Below are positions 44,175-57,346 of a DNA stretch of 64,000 nucleotides, in pieces. The notes under the pieces are model-generated. The model had not been told where the DNA came from. It did not search any database and saw only the letters and a list, made by a program, of their open reading frames with translations. This stretch comes from Octopus vulgaris (lineage: Eukaryota). The stretch covers positions 55,924,001 through 55,988,000 of the forward strand of contig OX597832.1 in the NCBI GenBank assembly GCA_951406725.2, read 5' to 3'. Position 1 is the first letter of the stretch, and the number at the start of each line of letters is the position of its first letter. Position numbers and translations under genes: made by a program.

Positions 44175-44565
44175 AAACACAGAGAGGACAAACAAGGACA
44201 GACAAACGGATTAAGTCGATTATATCGACCTCAGTACGCAACTGGTACTTAATTTGTCAACCCCGAAAGGATGAAAGGCAAAGTCAACCTCGACGGAATT
44301 TGAACTTAGAGCGTAAAGACGGACGAAATACCTTTTTCTTTACTACTCACAAGGGGCTAAACACAGAGAGGACAAGCAAGGACAGACAAACGGATTAAGT
44401 CGATTAGATCGACCCCAGTGCGTAACTGGTGCTTATTTAATCGAAACCAAAAGGGTGAAAAGCAAAGTCGACCTCGGCGGGATTTGAACTCAGAACGGAA
44501 CGGCAGACGAAATATCGCTAAGCGTTTCGCCCGGCGTTCTAACGATTCTGCCAGCTCACCGCCTT
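44175..44565 (-). mobile_element. SINE family A dimer
   Basis: Two bodies and one head, with a junction near 44330. Confidence 0.87.
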
Positions 44566-45424
44566 ACTGCCGTGTCCATATAGACTATTTTTTGTAGTCA
44601 CGAAACAGTGAAAATTCATAATAATATTTATAAAATTTGTCACTGTTTCATAACGTATGAACTGGGTTCTTTGTAATTTTATTACTATATTATTTCATTG
44701 TTAAGGCGGCAGAAAAAATAGAAGCTGCCGTGTACCTGCCTAAATATACTACAATGTTAAACGACGTCTTTTTACATTCCATATTACAAATCCTACCAGA
44801 TTCAACTGTATTCTGATCTTGGAGTCAATAGCATAAATACCAGTCATGCAGTGAAATCGATCAGATCGATTACTCCCCTTCTTCAGAAATATGTATTATT
44901 GAACCAATGTATCATAAATAAATAAAAAAAAAAACAATTTTATATAACATTTCTGTATTAAGAATATTTCTTATATTAATCAATATATTTTATTACAAAT
45001 TGCTTTGAAGTTAAACTATTTCTACAACATGGCTTTGATGTGGGGGTTTTTCTCGATATTTCCATATTAAAACTACTTAAAGTTTCAGCCAATATCGTCT
45101 AACTTTATTGAAAATGTCCCGTAACCCATAATAACAGTCGTTGATCTGGGAAGTAAGGTTTACAGTATTTATATTTAGTCTCACGTCTTTGCTTTTCAGT
45201 TCAAGTCACACCGAAGTCAATATTGCCTTCCTTCCACCACGGGGCCCACTAAATTACGTGACTAACATAATGAGATTGATTTAATCAACACTACTCAGTC
45301 GGCCCCTCAAAGTTTCTTTAGCCACACACTTCCAATTCTTAATCCAGTTCTTGCCATGATCAACTTTTTCTTCTTTCCATCAGGCGAGGTGGTCACTAAA
45401 ATACGTACCCTTAATGAAAGAATA

Positions 45425-45831
45425 TTGGTTTCAAATTTTGACACAAAGCCAGCAATTTCGGGGGAAAGAGTTAAGTCGATTACATCAACCCCGGTGTTCA
45501 GCTGGTTCTAATTTTATCGATCCCGAAAGGATGACAGGCAAACGTAAAACCAGACGAAATACCGTTAAGTATTTCGCCCGGCGCGCTAACGCTTCTTATT
45601 TCTTTATTGCCCACAAGGGGCAAAAACATAGAGGGGACAAACAAGGACAGACATAGGGATTAAGTCGATTACATCGACCCCAGTACGCAACTGGTACTTA
45701 ATTTATCGACCCCGAAAGGCTGAAAGGCAAAGTCGACCTCGGTGGAATTTGAACTCAGAACGTAAGGACGGACGAAATGCCGCTAAGCATTTCGCCCGGC
45801 CTGCTAACATTTTCTGCCAGCTCACCGCCTT
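45425..45831 (-). mobile_element. SINE family A dimer
   Basis: Two units, with a junction near 45593. Confidence 0.82.
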
Positions 45832-46471
45832 AATAAACATGCGTTTATTGACTACCTTAAGGGTACAGGTGTCTGTGGAATACTCGGCCACCCACTTGCA
45901 CGTTAATTTCACGTTAATTTCACGAGTAGGCTGTTCCATTGATCGGACCAACTGAAATACTCGTCGTCATAACCGACAAAGAACCATTTTATTTTCCTTT
46001 TATTCACTCCAATACATTCACATCTCAAGCGATCAGTACTAGGTGTGTCTCTAATAAAATATAAGCTACATTGCTGTAAATTCTGCATTACTTGACAAAA
46101 GCAATTTCCTTTTTCCTTCTCTAGATGGAATTTTTCTTTTATTTTCATCGTTCTTTTTTATTTTTCGGATTTCATTTTCTTTTATTTTATTGTTTTGTTT
46201 TGATTCGTTTCTTTCTTTTTTTTAATATTAAACTGTCGTTGTGATGAAATAATATTGAATACAAGGTCAGTAGAAATCATTTAACGATATTCAGAACAAA
46301 ATCAATATTTTATTCCAGCGTACAATAATCAAAATGTAAGAGAAATCAATTAGCCTCATAAAATTATATTCTCAGAAATATCGAATAATACCGAATAATA
46401 TCGAATATACAATTGGTCGGTCTGAGTCTCTATAACAAACACACCAGAAGGAGAGAAGTGGGGGGAGGAGG

Positions 46472-46473
<2 letters not shown>

Positions 46474-46515
<42 letters not shown>

Positions 46516-47380
46516 ACATACACAAACACACATACACGACACACATACACGACACACAGACACACATATATACAAGTATACTCACACACACATTCACACT
46601 CATGGATAAATACACGCACACAGTTACACACGCGCGCAAACGTGCGCAAAAGCACACGCCCATACAAACACAATCATACACACACATACATACATACATA
46701 CATACATACATACATACATACACACACATGTACACTCGTATACACACACAAACAGGCACACATACATGCATATATACACACACTCACATATACACATGCA
46801 CACGCACACAAATACACACACACATACATGCACACGCATATGCACAAGCATGCACAGGCACATACACACACATAGACATATACAAACACGTTTTCACACA
46901 GAAACACAAACACTTACACACACACTTACACACGCATACAAGCACACATACACATGCATATACACAAACACACAGGCGTACACACACGCACATATACAGA
47001 CACGTACACACATACACGCGCATATAAACAGGCACACATACACACGCATATACACAAACACACAGGCGTACACACACGCACATATACAGACACGTACACA
47101 CATACACGCGCATATAAACAGGCACACATACACACACACATTTACACACACATTTACACACACATACACACACATACACACACACTCATACACACACATA
47201 CACGCATACAAGCACACATACACACAGATACACACAAACACACAGGCGGACACACACGCACATATACAGACACGCACACACATACACGCTCATATACACA
47301 GGCGCACATACACACACACACACACACACGCACGCATATACACACACATACACACACATACACGCATACACACACATACA
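46474..47380. repeat. (CA)-rich complex satellite with a ~90-bp higher-order unit
   Basis: CACAGGCGTACACACACGCACATATACAGACACG occurs at 46971 and 47061, with a variant at 47241. Confidence 0.88.
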
Positions 47381-47914
47381 ATATGGCCGCGTAAATGTCA
47401 AAAGATGTCTGGCTTTGTGTAAGTAATGATAAACAGAAAACGAAATCGCCGTCGTTCGCTGGTGTTCGCGAAAAGAAGAAAAAAAATTGCTATGGTTTTT
47501 CTCGATGTCTCATCTCGATTGTAAAACGGATCCGAATATAATTATTGGGTGTCAGTTATATTCAATAAACTAACGACATTAATTACATCCACTAAAGTTC
47601 AGCAGAACCGCAATATACAATCTTAGAGAATTAAAGATGAATGTTACTACTCCTCGCGCCATCCGTAATTACCTCATAAACCGTGTTAATGCCGTTAACG
47701 CTCCGAACGCCACTGGCGTCCTCTGGTGGTGGTGGTGGTGGTGGTGGTGGTGGTGTTGGAGTTTTGATGGTGGCGCAGTCGCAGTCGTTGTCGACCAAGA
47801 GAGAAATTGGTAAAGGAATAAAATGTCATATTCATTATAAGAGTTAATAACCGCTTTAATTATCGATAGTTTGGAAAACAACTGCTGCCTGTTCAGAAGC
47901 AATAGGGCTTAATA

Positions 47915-48044
<130 letters not shown>

Positions 48045-48297
48045 TGTATGTATGTATGTATGTATGTATGTATGTATGTGTGTATGTATGTATGTATGTA
48101 TGTGTGTATGCATTTTCTCATCCCATAAATAATGGGATTTTTTCAATTGTATGGACTAAAAGTCGGAGGGGGTTGGGATTAACTGCCTGCATCAACTTGC
48201 TATAGAAACAGGTAGTAATTTTATCTCGTCCTTATTCTTAGCGCAAGTTTTGAAGAATTGCAGTTCGATTTTATGAGTTATTTTTGTCAAAGCTATA

Positions 48298-49738
48298 ATG
48301 GAAGTGACAAAACAGCATATTTGGCATATTTTGCTTTATGAGTTTTAAGAATGGCAACAACGCAAAGGAAAATGCGATGAATAATAATAATGCAATGTAG
48401 GGGAATCGGTCAATAAGCGTAAGTCAGTGTCAATGGTGGTTCCAGAAATCCCGCGATGGAAATCACAACCTAGGCGGCGAGCTGGCAGAATCGTTAGCAC
48501 GCCGGGCGAAATGCGTAGCCGTATTTCGTCTGCCGTTACGTTCTGAGTTCAAATTCCGCCGAGGTCGACTTTGCCTTTCATCCTTTCGGGGTCGATAAAT
48601 TAAGTACCAGTTACGCACTGGGGTCGATGTAATCGACTTAATCCGTTTGTCTGTCCTTGTTTGTCCTCCCTGTGTTTAGCCCCTTGTGGGTTGTAAAGAA
48701 ATAGGAGTTTCATCTGCTGTTACGTTCTGAGTTCAAATTCCGCCGAGGTCGACTTTGCCTTTCATCCTTTCGGGGTCGATAGATTAAGTACCAGTTACGC
48801 ACTCGGGTTGATGTAATCGACTTAATCCGTTTGTCTGTCCTTGTTTGTCCCTTCTGTGTTTAGCCCCTTGTGGGCAATAAAGAAATAGGAAACTAAAACC
48901 TAGAAGACGAGCCTCGTCCTGGAAGATCAGTAGAGCTCACCGAGGACGTCTTGCAAACCCTGGTGGAACAAAATCCCATCGTAATTCTTGAAAAACTAGC
49001 AGAGAAGCTTGGATTCATTCAACCAATCATCAACACCAGCGTGCCATCGGAAAAGCCAGTAAATTGGGTCAATGGCTTCCTCACAAACTTTCCGAGTCAA
49101 ATCGCGCGCAGAGAGTGTATGTGTGTTTTTCTTTGCTGCCATGTCTCACCAATGAACCTATTCTGGACCGAATAGCGACTGGTAACGAGAAATGAGTTAT
49201 CTATAAAAAGGTCAAGCGCCGAAGACAGTGGGGTAGGGAAAGGAGAAACACGGGCACCCCAGGCTAAAGAAAGTCTTCACCCACGTAAGGTGTTATCTTT
49301 TTTGATGGGATATCAAAGGTTTAGTCCACTTTGAACTTTTAAACCCAAACCAAACCATAACAAAGGAAATCTACTGCGAGCAGCTTGAGTGGCTTAAGTC
49401 AGCACGAGAAGAAAAATGACGAAAGGTGTTCTTCCATCAGGATAATTGCTCGGCTACATACAGCGAGGATGACATTCCAAAGGCTGGAGCAGTTTGAATG
49501 GGAAACGATGCCCCACCCACCATATTCACCGGACATTGCCCCATTTGATTATCATTTATTCAGCAGTCTTCAAAATCATTTGGACGGAAAAAATATGAAT
49601 TCTGTAAACGAGGTCAGAACAGTACTGGAGGAGTATTTTTCGTCGCAGTTAAGTGAATTTTGGAAGAGGGACCTTACAAGTCTACCAGATAGATGGATGA
49701 GCATTGCAGAAAATGAAGGAGAGTATATTTTAGATTAA
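48298..49738 (+). pseudogene. Mariner transposase pseudogene (stops, frameshifts, SINE insertion)
   Basis: Fragments MEVTKQHIWHILLYEF, LEDEPRPGR, GQWLPHKL (WVPHEL motif), TGNEK* (TGDEKW), FHQDN, HPPYSPDIAPFDYHLF (YSPDLAPxD) and EGEYILD*. Confidence 0.93.
48473..48887 (+). mobile_element. SINE family A dimer nested in the mariner transposase
   Basis: 15-bp TSD GGAAATCACAACCTA (48458-48472) / GGAAACTAAAACCTA (48888-48902), 12 of 15 identical. The transposase sequence resumes after it. Confidence 0.92.
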
Positions 49739-49817
49739 AAAAAGAAAGAACTTTGTTTATCTTAATTTTGAAAATAAAAGAAGTATAAAAAACCGCATTA
49801 TTTATGAGATGACCCAA

Positions 49818-49851
<34 letters not shown>

Positions 49852-50079
49852 CAGAGAGAGAGAGAAAGAGGGAGAGAGGCAGGGAGAGACATACAGATAG
49901 ACAGACAGATTATCTTCCTCTTTTTTTGTATCTGCTATTTGATAGCGGTTATGCTGGGGCACTGCTTTGAGGGGTTTAGTCGAACAAATCAGCAGTCTCT
50001 TTTGTCACCGGTCTCTTTTGCCATCGAACCACTAAGTTGCAGGAACGTAAACAAGCTGATATGTGCGCGCGCGCGTATG

Positions 50080-50258
50080 TGTGTGTCTTTGTATCTGTGA
50101 TTACGTCCCCATAATCTAGCGGTTCGGCAAAAGAGACCGATAAAATAAGTACTAGGCTTACAAAGAATAAGTCCTGGGGTCGATTTCTTCGAGGAAAAAA
50201 ACCCTTTAAGGTGGCGCTCCAGCATGGCCGCAGTCCAAATTACTGAAACAAGTAAAAG
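50080..50258 (+). mobile_element. SINE family B 3' half (an opposite-strand fragment lies at about 49925-50060)
   Basis: Family B similarity. Confidence 0.8.
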
Positions 50259-50759
50259 AACAGAATTGATATACACACTCAAACGCTGTACGTTTCTGCA
50301 AATGGCGGCTGTAACTACGCAACTCTTGTCTTATACGTCAGACAATAAAAAGTACGAGAAAAATATTAACGAAAATACATACTACGATTTTTAATAATTT
50401 TTTTTTACAGTTGTAACTTGATCATAAATGTCTAAGTCATCATACACGAAACACTATCACTGAGTAATAAATGCCTAAAGACTAAAAGAAGATATTGAAA
50501 TCACAAATATGTAGATATCTAGATCGGCTGACAGGATGTAATATCATAAATACTTATAACCATACAGACGCAATACCTTCAAACTTGAAGTTATATCATT
50601 CATTGATATCCTAAATATTGTCCATAAAATATTATCACTAACGGATAATCTCAAACTTTAACAAAGCAAAACAGAAAAAAAAATGGTTTGTGATGGTTGA
50701 ATGTTTCATGGAAGATACTGCGATTACAAATGTCGGCGCAACGAAAACTATGTTTTATA

Positions 50760-51123
50760 ATTTCGTTTTTTGATTTGGTTTGCAAGATTTTTTATATGAG
50801 TTCGTGTGTTAGAGCATATTCTGTTGTGTCTGGGGCGAGTAATTTTCTTTTTGTGCATTATAATTTAACACACTCATCGGTAAAATTTCCACTTATTTCT
50901 TATTTTTATTTTCCTAAAATTTTCGTTGCGTCAAGACTGCTGAAAAGGTTGCAAGACGCAACGAAAATTTTAGGAAAATAAAAATAAGAAATAAGTGGAA
51001 ATTTTACCGGTGAGTGTGTTAAATTATAAGCCACAAAAAGAAAATAACTCTCCCCAGACACAACAGAATATGCATCAACACACGAACTCATATAAAGAAT
51101 CTTGCAAACCAAATCCCAAAACG

Positions 51124-51127
<4 letters not shown>
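50760..51127. mobile_element. Family P6 fold-back element: ~173-bp inverted arms (50760-50932 / 50955-51127)
   Basis: Long near-perfect palindrome. The hammerhead-like CTGAAAA G GTTGC AAGAC GCAAC GAAA spans the centre. A third partial arm lies at 51321-51372. Confidence 0.82.
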
Positions 51128-51171
<44 letters not shown>

Positions 51172-51464
51172 CATATAATACACATACACACATATATATA
51201 CACACACGTATATATATATATATATGTATATATATACATACGTATATATATATATATGTGTGTATATATATACATATATATATGTATATACACGTATATA
51301 CATATATACGTGTACATATGTAATTATAAGGCACAAAAACAAAATTACTCGCCCCAGACACAACAGAATATGTTTTATAAGAGGAATCTTTAAGCAATAT
51401 ACTTAAGTCTCCTTTCACGAAACCATCTATTACAAACACACACACACACATATCTATATATATA

Positions 51465-51635
51465 CGTATATGCGACGGGCTTTTTTCAGTTTCCGTCTAC
51501 CAAATCCACTCACAAGGCGTTGGTCAGCCCGAGGCTGTAGTAGAAGATACTTGCTCAAGGTGCCCCGCAGTGGGACTGAACCCGGAACCATGCGGTTCGT
51601 AAGCAAGCTACTTACCACACATCCATTCCTATGCC
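51465..51635 (-). mobile_element. SINE family B, 5' half
   Basis: Reverse complement of the family B head. Confidence 0.82.
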
Positions 51636-52328
51636 TATTCAACTGGTAACTTTCCAAACATTGGTGGAACTCGTTACGGCTGACTGTACCGGAGCCATGT
51701 GAAAAGAAGTGGTTAGCGCTAGAACACAACGCACGGTTCCATCCGGAAATCGAAACCTCGATCATGCTATCTTGTATGCAACACCCTAATCACGACACCA
51801 TGCGCCTTCACAACAGCCACCTCCAAAGTAATTTTCTGCAGCTGTCGTTGTAGAATTCTTTGTGGTACACGAAAGATAGTCGTCGAAATAGCAGTAATGA
51901 ACCGAGATAAAAGTCGGCTGATTACAGCTTCAAATAAAGTAGGTTGATATATTTCAAATCATTGGAACATTTTAAAAATAACTTAAGTAAGATTAAAAAT
52001 ACATTAAAAAGTAAAACAAATATTATTACTTACTGACGTATAATGGAAAAGTAAATCAAGAAGTTTTCACTATCTTTTTGGATCATCAGCGGAAGAATAT
52101 TATTGTAGTACTTGCCGAAGAGTTAGCGAGTGAATCACTAAAGACATAAAAATGAAAATAATTATTGGTTATTGTCTAATAGAATGCAATCGAACATATT
52201 GGAGTTCTTGTCATTGTAGCAAATTTTTCAACGCTGTTTGAAGGAGATTTCCATTTAAATTTTGATTATTAACTCAGTAAGCCAATAAAAATTTTGATAA
52301 AATTTAGCTTTACTTCAAAGAAAATTAT

Positions 52329-52392
<64 letters not shown>

Positions 52393-52585
52393 TAGAGAGT
52401 ATATATGAGCGTACATGACATAAAAAGAAACATTAATATATATATATAATATATATATAGATAGATAGATAGATATAAATACATACATATATATGTACCA
52501 CTATTCTATATTTATACTTTAACCTTATGGTGCTTTGTTTTACTGGGAAGCAATACTACTGTATTGCACTATTTTATAACTTTCT

Positions 52586-52627
<42 letters not shown>

Positions 52628-52714
52628 AATATCAATAATAAGGATTATTAAGAAGTTGTATAGCATTACCTTACTATTTACAAATATATATTTACGTACG
52701 CGTACACACACATA

Positions 52715-52768
<54 letters not shown>

Positions 52769-52769
<1 letters not shown>

Positions 52770-52971
52770 TATATAGAGGGTACTATTATTCATAGGTACC
52801 GCACACTAGGAGGGACTCTTGCAGTCAAAACTACTAAAATAAACAAATTGTACCGAATGCAAAACTTCAAAGCAAGTCATTTAAAAACAGAATTTAGTTA
52901 CATATCACCTGTGATTTCGCAATCAATGCAGAATATGCATTCTATGCTCTTCAGTGCAACGAACTCAAGAC

Positions 52972-52974
<3 letters not shown>
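52769..52974 (-). mobile_element. Family P4 element (~205 bp) between two (TA)n tracts
   Basis: Shares 110 bp with 34377-34486 and contains a complete hammerhead. Confidence 0.75.
52897..52960 (-). ncRNA. Type I hammerhead ribozyme motif with all core nucleotides present
   Basis: Minus strand: GUUGCA CUGAAGA GCA UAG AAUGCA UAUUC UGCAUU GAU UGC GAA AUCAC AG GUGAU A UGUAAC. Predicted cut after AUA, between 52903 and 52902. Confidence 0.85.
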
Positions 52975-53042
<68 letters not shown>

Positions 53043-53043
<1 letters not shown>

Positions 53044-53331
53044 TTGTTGTTTGTTCCTTCTCGAGCCATGCCTCGCTAATAGGGGCCGGTTCCCCGGTTT
53101 CCTTGGCGTATAGGTTCCCCACCTGGATGGGACGCCGGTCCGTCGCAGGTGAGCTTCAAGATGTATGAGGAAAGAGTGAGAGAAAGTTGTGGCGAAAGAG
53201 TCAGCAGAAGTTCGCCATTACCTTCTGCCGGAGCCGCGTGAAGCTTAGGTGTTTCGCTCATAAACACACACATTGCCCGGTCTGAGATACGAACCCGCGA
53301 TCCCTCGACCGCGAGTCTACTGCTCCAACTA
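53043..53331 (-). mobile_element. SINE family C
   Basis: Reverse complement of family C. Confidence 0.88.
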
Positions 53332-54491
53332 TATATATATATATATATAGTTACTTAAAATAGAAAGTTATTTTAATAAGTCTTCGGTAAACACCTGTAT
53401 TAGTACAAAGCAGTGAAATTAAAAGAAATGACGGAGCGAAGGAGTAAATTTCGTGAGTTCAAATTCCGATTTGATCGACTTTGCCGTTAATTCGTCTGGG
53501 TAAAAATAAAAAAAATAAAAAACAAAAACAAAAGAGATGCCGATAATTTATAACATATTAGTATGAAGTCTGGCGACAATCCATCTTCCCCCACTCATCT
53601 GATTTTGTTTCTAAGCTAAACAACCAAATATAGTATGAATATTACAAGTAGGTAACAGATAACTTTTGCTATCAATGTGTAGATATTAGTCTCGTCTATC
53701 ATATTTATTATTCATTTTATTTTTATCAAATCATTTTATAATGTTATAAAATGTCTAGACAATTGAATTCCTATAAATGTCGCATCGTAGTCTGAAATAA
53801 AACATTAATTTGCGTTAAAGATCTTAAAACGTTGAATCCACTTCGTGTTCTGTAGATCTTCTAAAAACAGAAGGAAAGACTATTTATTTTTCATTTATTC
53901 ATTTACTGTTCTACTCATAAAATACCGAACTCTCCAGAAACCTCATTAACAAGGCATCTGTATATTCTGTATATTCTAGAATTGATCAAGTTCATGCTTA
54001 TCTGATTTCATTTGAACCAAACCGTTTGAGAAGCCGTTTGTTCGAAGGTTGGTATCTCTACCAAAGTCAGGTTTTCAGCAAAGACAAGCAGGGATATTAT
54101 ACATTCATATAATGACACTCCATCTATCTTCCCCACTCTCGATTTCTGGGAGGAGGACCGTGAAGGTTGAGCCCACAGGCAGCCCCTCCATTGGGTCCTA
54201 TAAGAAGCAACTGTCATTACGGATGGCTTCCCAACCGTGACCAACTAAGACTATGAGTATTACCTAATAATCTCACTCTTGGTGCACCTGTAGCGAGAGC
54301 AATTTTTATTATTGCATATTGAAAGCATTTGACTTATATAGGCTTATCACGTTAATCTGCAGTGATTGGTTAACATACCCATCATGTGAGTGCTTGGACA
54401 TTTGTTGAGTCCTGTATTGTGATTGGTTGAGTGTTGCGTGGTAATTGGATCGAAGGTCCAATCACGTTGCGCGTAATATATTTCAAAGAAC

Positions 54492-54955
54492 TAGGAGTGG
54501 CTGTGTGGTAAGTAGCTTGCTTACGAACCGCATGGTTCCGAGTTCAGTCTCACTGCGTAACACCTTGGGCAAGTGTCTTCTACTATAGCCTCGGGCCGAC
54601 CAAAGCCTTGTGAGTGGATTTGGAAGACATAAAGAAGCTCGTCGTATATACGTATGTGTGAGTATATGTTTGTGTATCTGTGTTTGTCCCCCTCAACATC
54701 GCTTGACAACCGATGCTGGTGTGTTTACGTCTCCGTAACGTAGCGGTTGGGCAAAAGAAGTCGATAGAATAAGCACAGCGTTTTGTTCTTGAGCAAGACA
54801 CTTCGTTTCCCCGTTGCTCCAGTCCACATAGCTGTAAATATGGGTAACCTTGCAACGGACAAGCGCCCATCCAAGAGGGAATGGTGTGACCTCGGTGACT
54901 TAGAAGCCATGGAAACCGGGTAACAGACCCTCTGAATCCTAGGACTCGAGACAAG
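54492..54955 (+). mobile_element. SINE family B (54492-54773) fused to an older SINE body (54775-54955)
   Basis: A family B head and middle followed by the CTTGAGCAAGACACTT motif, which also occurs at 57961 and 58040. Confidence 0.72.
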
Positions 54956-54957
54956 AG

Positions 54958-54999
<42 letters not shown>

Positions 55000-55328
55000 T
55001 GGTGGTGGTGGTGGTGATGATGATGGTGGTGGTGATGCTGTTGCTGCTGCTGCCGCCGCTGCCGATGCTGATGATAGTGGTGATGGTGGTGGTGGTGGTG
55101 ATGATGATGATGGTGGTGATGATGATGATGATGATGATGATGATGGTGATGATGATGGTGATGATGATGATGGTGATGATGGTGATGATGGTGGTGGTGG
55201 TGGTATGGTGGTGATGGTGGTGGTGGTGATGTCGCTGTTGCTGCTGCCGCCGCTGCCGATGATGATGATGATGATGATGATGATGACGACGACGACGACG
55301 ACGACGACGACAACGACGGCGACGACGA
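54958..55328. repeat. Mixed trinucleotide array (GAT/GGT/GCT/GAC)n
   Basis: Directly visible. It generates the poly-H/S/P ORFs. Confidence 0.95.
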
Positions 55329-55857
55329 ATCTGTGTAGATAAAATGTTGGAAATAAATCAAGACTTTTTAGCAAGACGTTTTTTTACACGTCTATCTCTA
55401 GGTTTTTTTCCCCCTCCGACATTGCTAAATGAATTACGTACTATCTGAAACAAAACAAAAAACAAAAAAACAAAAAACAAAACAAAAAAAGGAAGAAAAA
55501 AAGGTCTATCTTTTGTCATCAATAATTGTAGGCGTGTAATATGTATGATAAAGCAGCTTTTTTTTCGTATAGCGAGCTTTTACGATCGAAAGAAGCGACC
55601 AATAACAGAAAACCGACCTCGTGTAACACCCTTTAACTGTCACGATTTCTTTATAGTGTTGCTGTTGTTGTTGTTGTTGTTGGTGGTGGTGGTTTTTTTT
55701 ATTTACTCGATTTAATTCATTATTGACTGACCTTTCGTCTAAACCATGCGGTCTAGCCATAGAAAAATCAATCTTCTCTCACAACCGGAATATTGTTGGA
55801 ATAAAACAGTAAATAATATCTTCCGCGATCGCGATAAGGGGTGTTAAATGTCAAGAT

Positions 55858-56665
55858 TTGTGCGTGCGCACGTGTGTGTGTGTGTGTGTGCATGTGGGTG
55901 TGTGTGAGTGGGGGGGGGGGTATATATGTGTGTATATGTGTGTGTGTATGTGTGCTGCTGTATGTATGTATGTATGTATGTATGTGTGTGTATGTATGTG
56001 TGTATATGTGTGCTGGTGTATGTATGTATGTATGTATATATGTGTGTATGTATGTGTGTGTATGTGTGCTGGTGTGTGTATGTATATATGTATATATGTG
56101 TGTATGTATGTATGTATATGTGTGTGTATGTGAGCTGGTGTATGTATGTATGTATGTATGTGTATGTATGTATGTGTGCTGGTGTATGTATGTATGTGTG
56201 TATGTATGTGTGTGTATGTGTGCTGGTGTATGTATGTATGTATGTATGTATGTATGTGTATGTATGTATGTATGTATGTATGTATGTATGTGTATGTATG
56301 TGTATGTATGTGTGTATATGTGGGCTGGTGTATGTATGTATGTGTTCCTGCGTGTGTGTGAGTGTATGTATGTGTAATAATGTGTGTACATGTGTGTGTG
56401 TGTGTGCCTGCGTGTGTGTGGGTGTATGTATGTTTGTGCGTGTGTGTGTGTGGGTGTATGTGTATGCGTGTGTATGTATGTGTGTGCGCGCGGGCATTTG
56501 TTTGTGTGTCTGTGTGTATGTGTGTATATGTGTGTATGTGTGTGGGTGCGCGCGTGTGTATTTGTTTGTGTGTGTTTGTATGTGTTTCTGCGTGTGTAAG
56601 TGTGTGTGTATGCGTATGCGTGTATGTGTGTATGCGTGTGTGTATGTCGATGTGTACATGCGTAT
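55858..56665. repeat. (TATG/TG)n satellite punctuated by GCTGGT units
   Basis: GTGCTGGTGT-type marks recur about six times at 45-70 bp spacing. Confidence 0.88.
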
Positions 56666-57346
56666 ACCTTCTTCCTTTCAGTGGAGATGAAGGGTGAGAA
56701 AAGAACTTAAAAACAACTTTTTTTTTTTTGTGTGTATAATTTCGAGTTTGTTTATTGTCGAAGTTTTAAATGAAAAAAACAAAAAAAAAATCAAAAAAGA
56801 ATTTTTGAATGTTTAAAAATGAAAAAAAAAAGTCCTTACAGATACACTTAACATTTCAGAAACACCGTCTGCAAAGAAAATAACGCTCTTCAGCTAATGA
56901 AATACGCCATGATACTTTAGGTCGGAGGAAAAGGCGCGGGGAGGATCAAGGATGCAAGGATGCAAGGCTGGGGGGCGTTGGAACTGATGCTGCCGTAGTT
57001 ATTTCATGCCTTTACTACTGTCATCATCCACTTTCTTCATGCTATCTCCATTATAATTAACAAAGAAGTTATTCACTCCATCTCTAGCTCCGAACTGTAG
57101 CCATCGCCGACGTTCACACTCAATTTCTTCACTGTATGAAGGTCTCTCTATTGCGGTGTGTTTTTTTTTTAAATCTTTCTTCGTTTGTTTTTTCTTCTTT
57201 TCTTACAACACAAATGCGTTAATTGTACTTAAAAGTCGGTCGTTGAGGCCTCCTTTTTATACTATGTCATTCGGATTAGAGAAGGCGCGTAGCTTAGTTG
57301 TTAGGGGCGATCGAATCACGATCGCAAGAAATTGAGTTCGTTGTAA

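Larger units (their letters stand above)
48112..49818 (+). mobile_element. Full-length decayed mariner (DD34D) DNA transposon
   Basis: Imperfect TIRs (..TCATCCCATAAATAATGGGATTTT / AAAACCGCATTATTTATGAGATGACCCAAT) enclose a transposase pseudogene. Confidence 0.92.

Noticed and set aside
49385-49738. Host SETMAR-like gene or active transposase
   Set aside because: There is no SET domain. The element has stops, frameshifts, a mutated first catalytic Asp and a SINE insertion.
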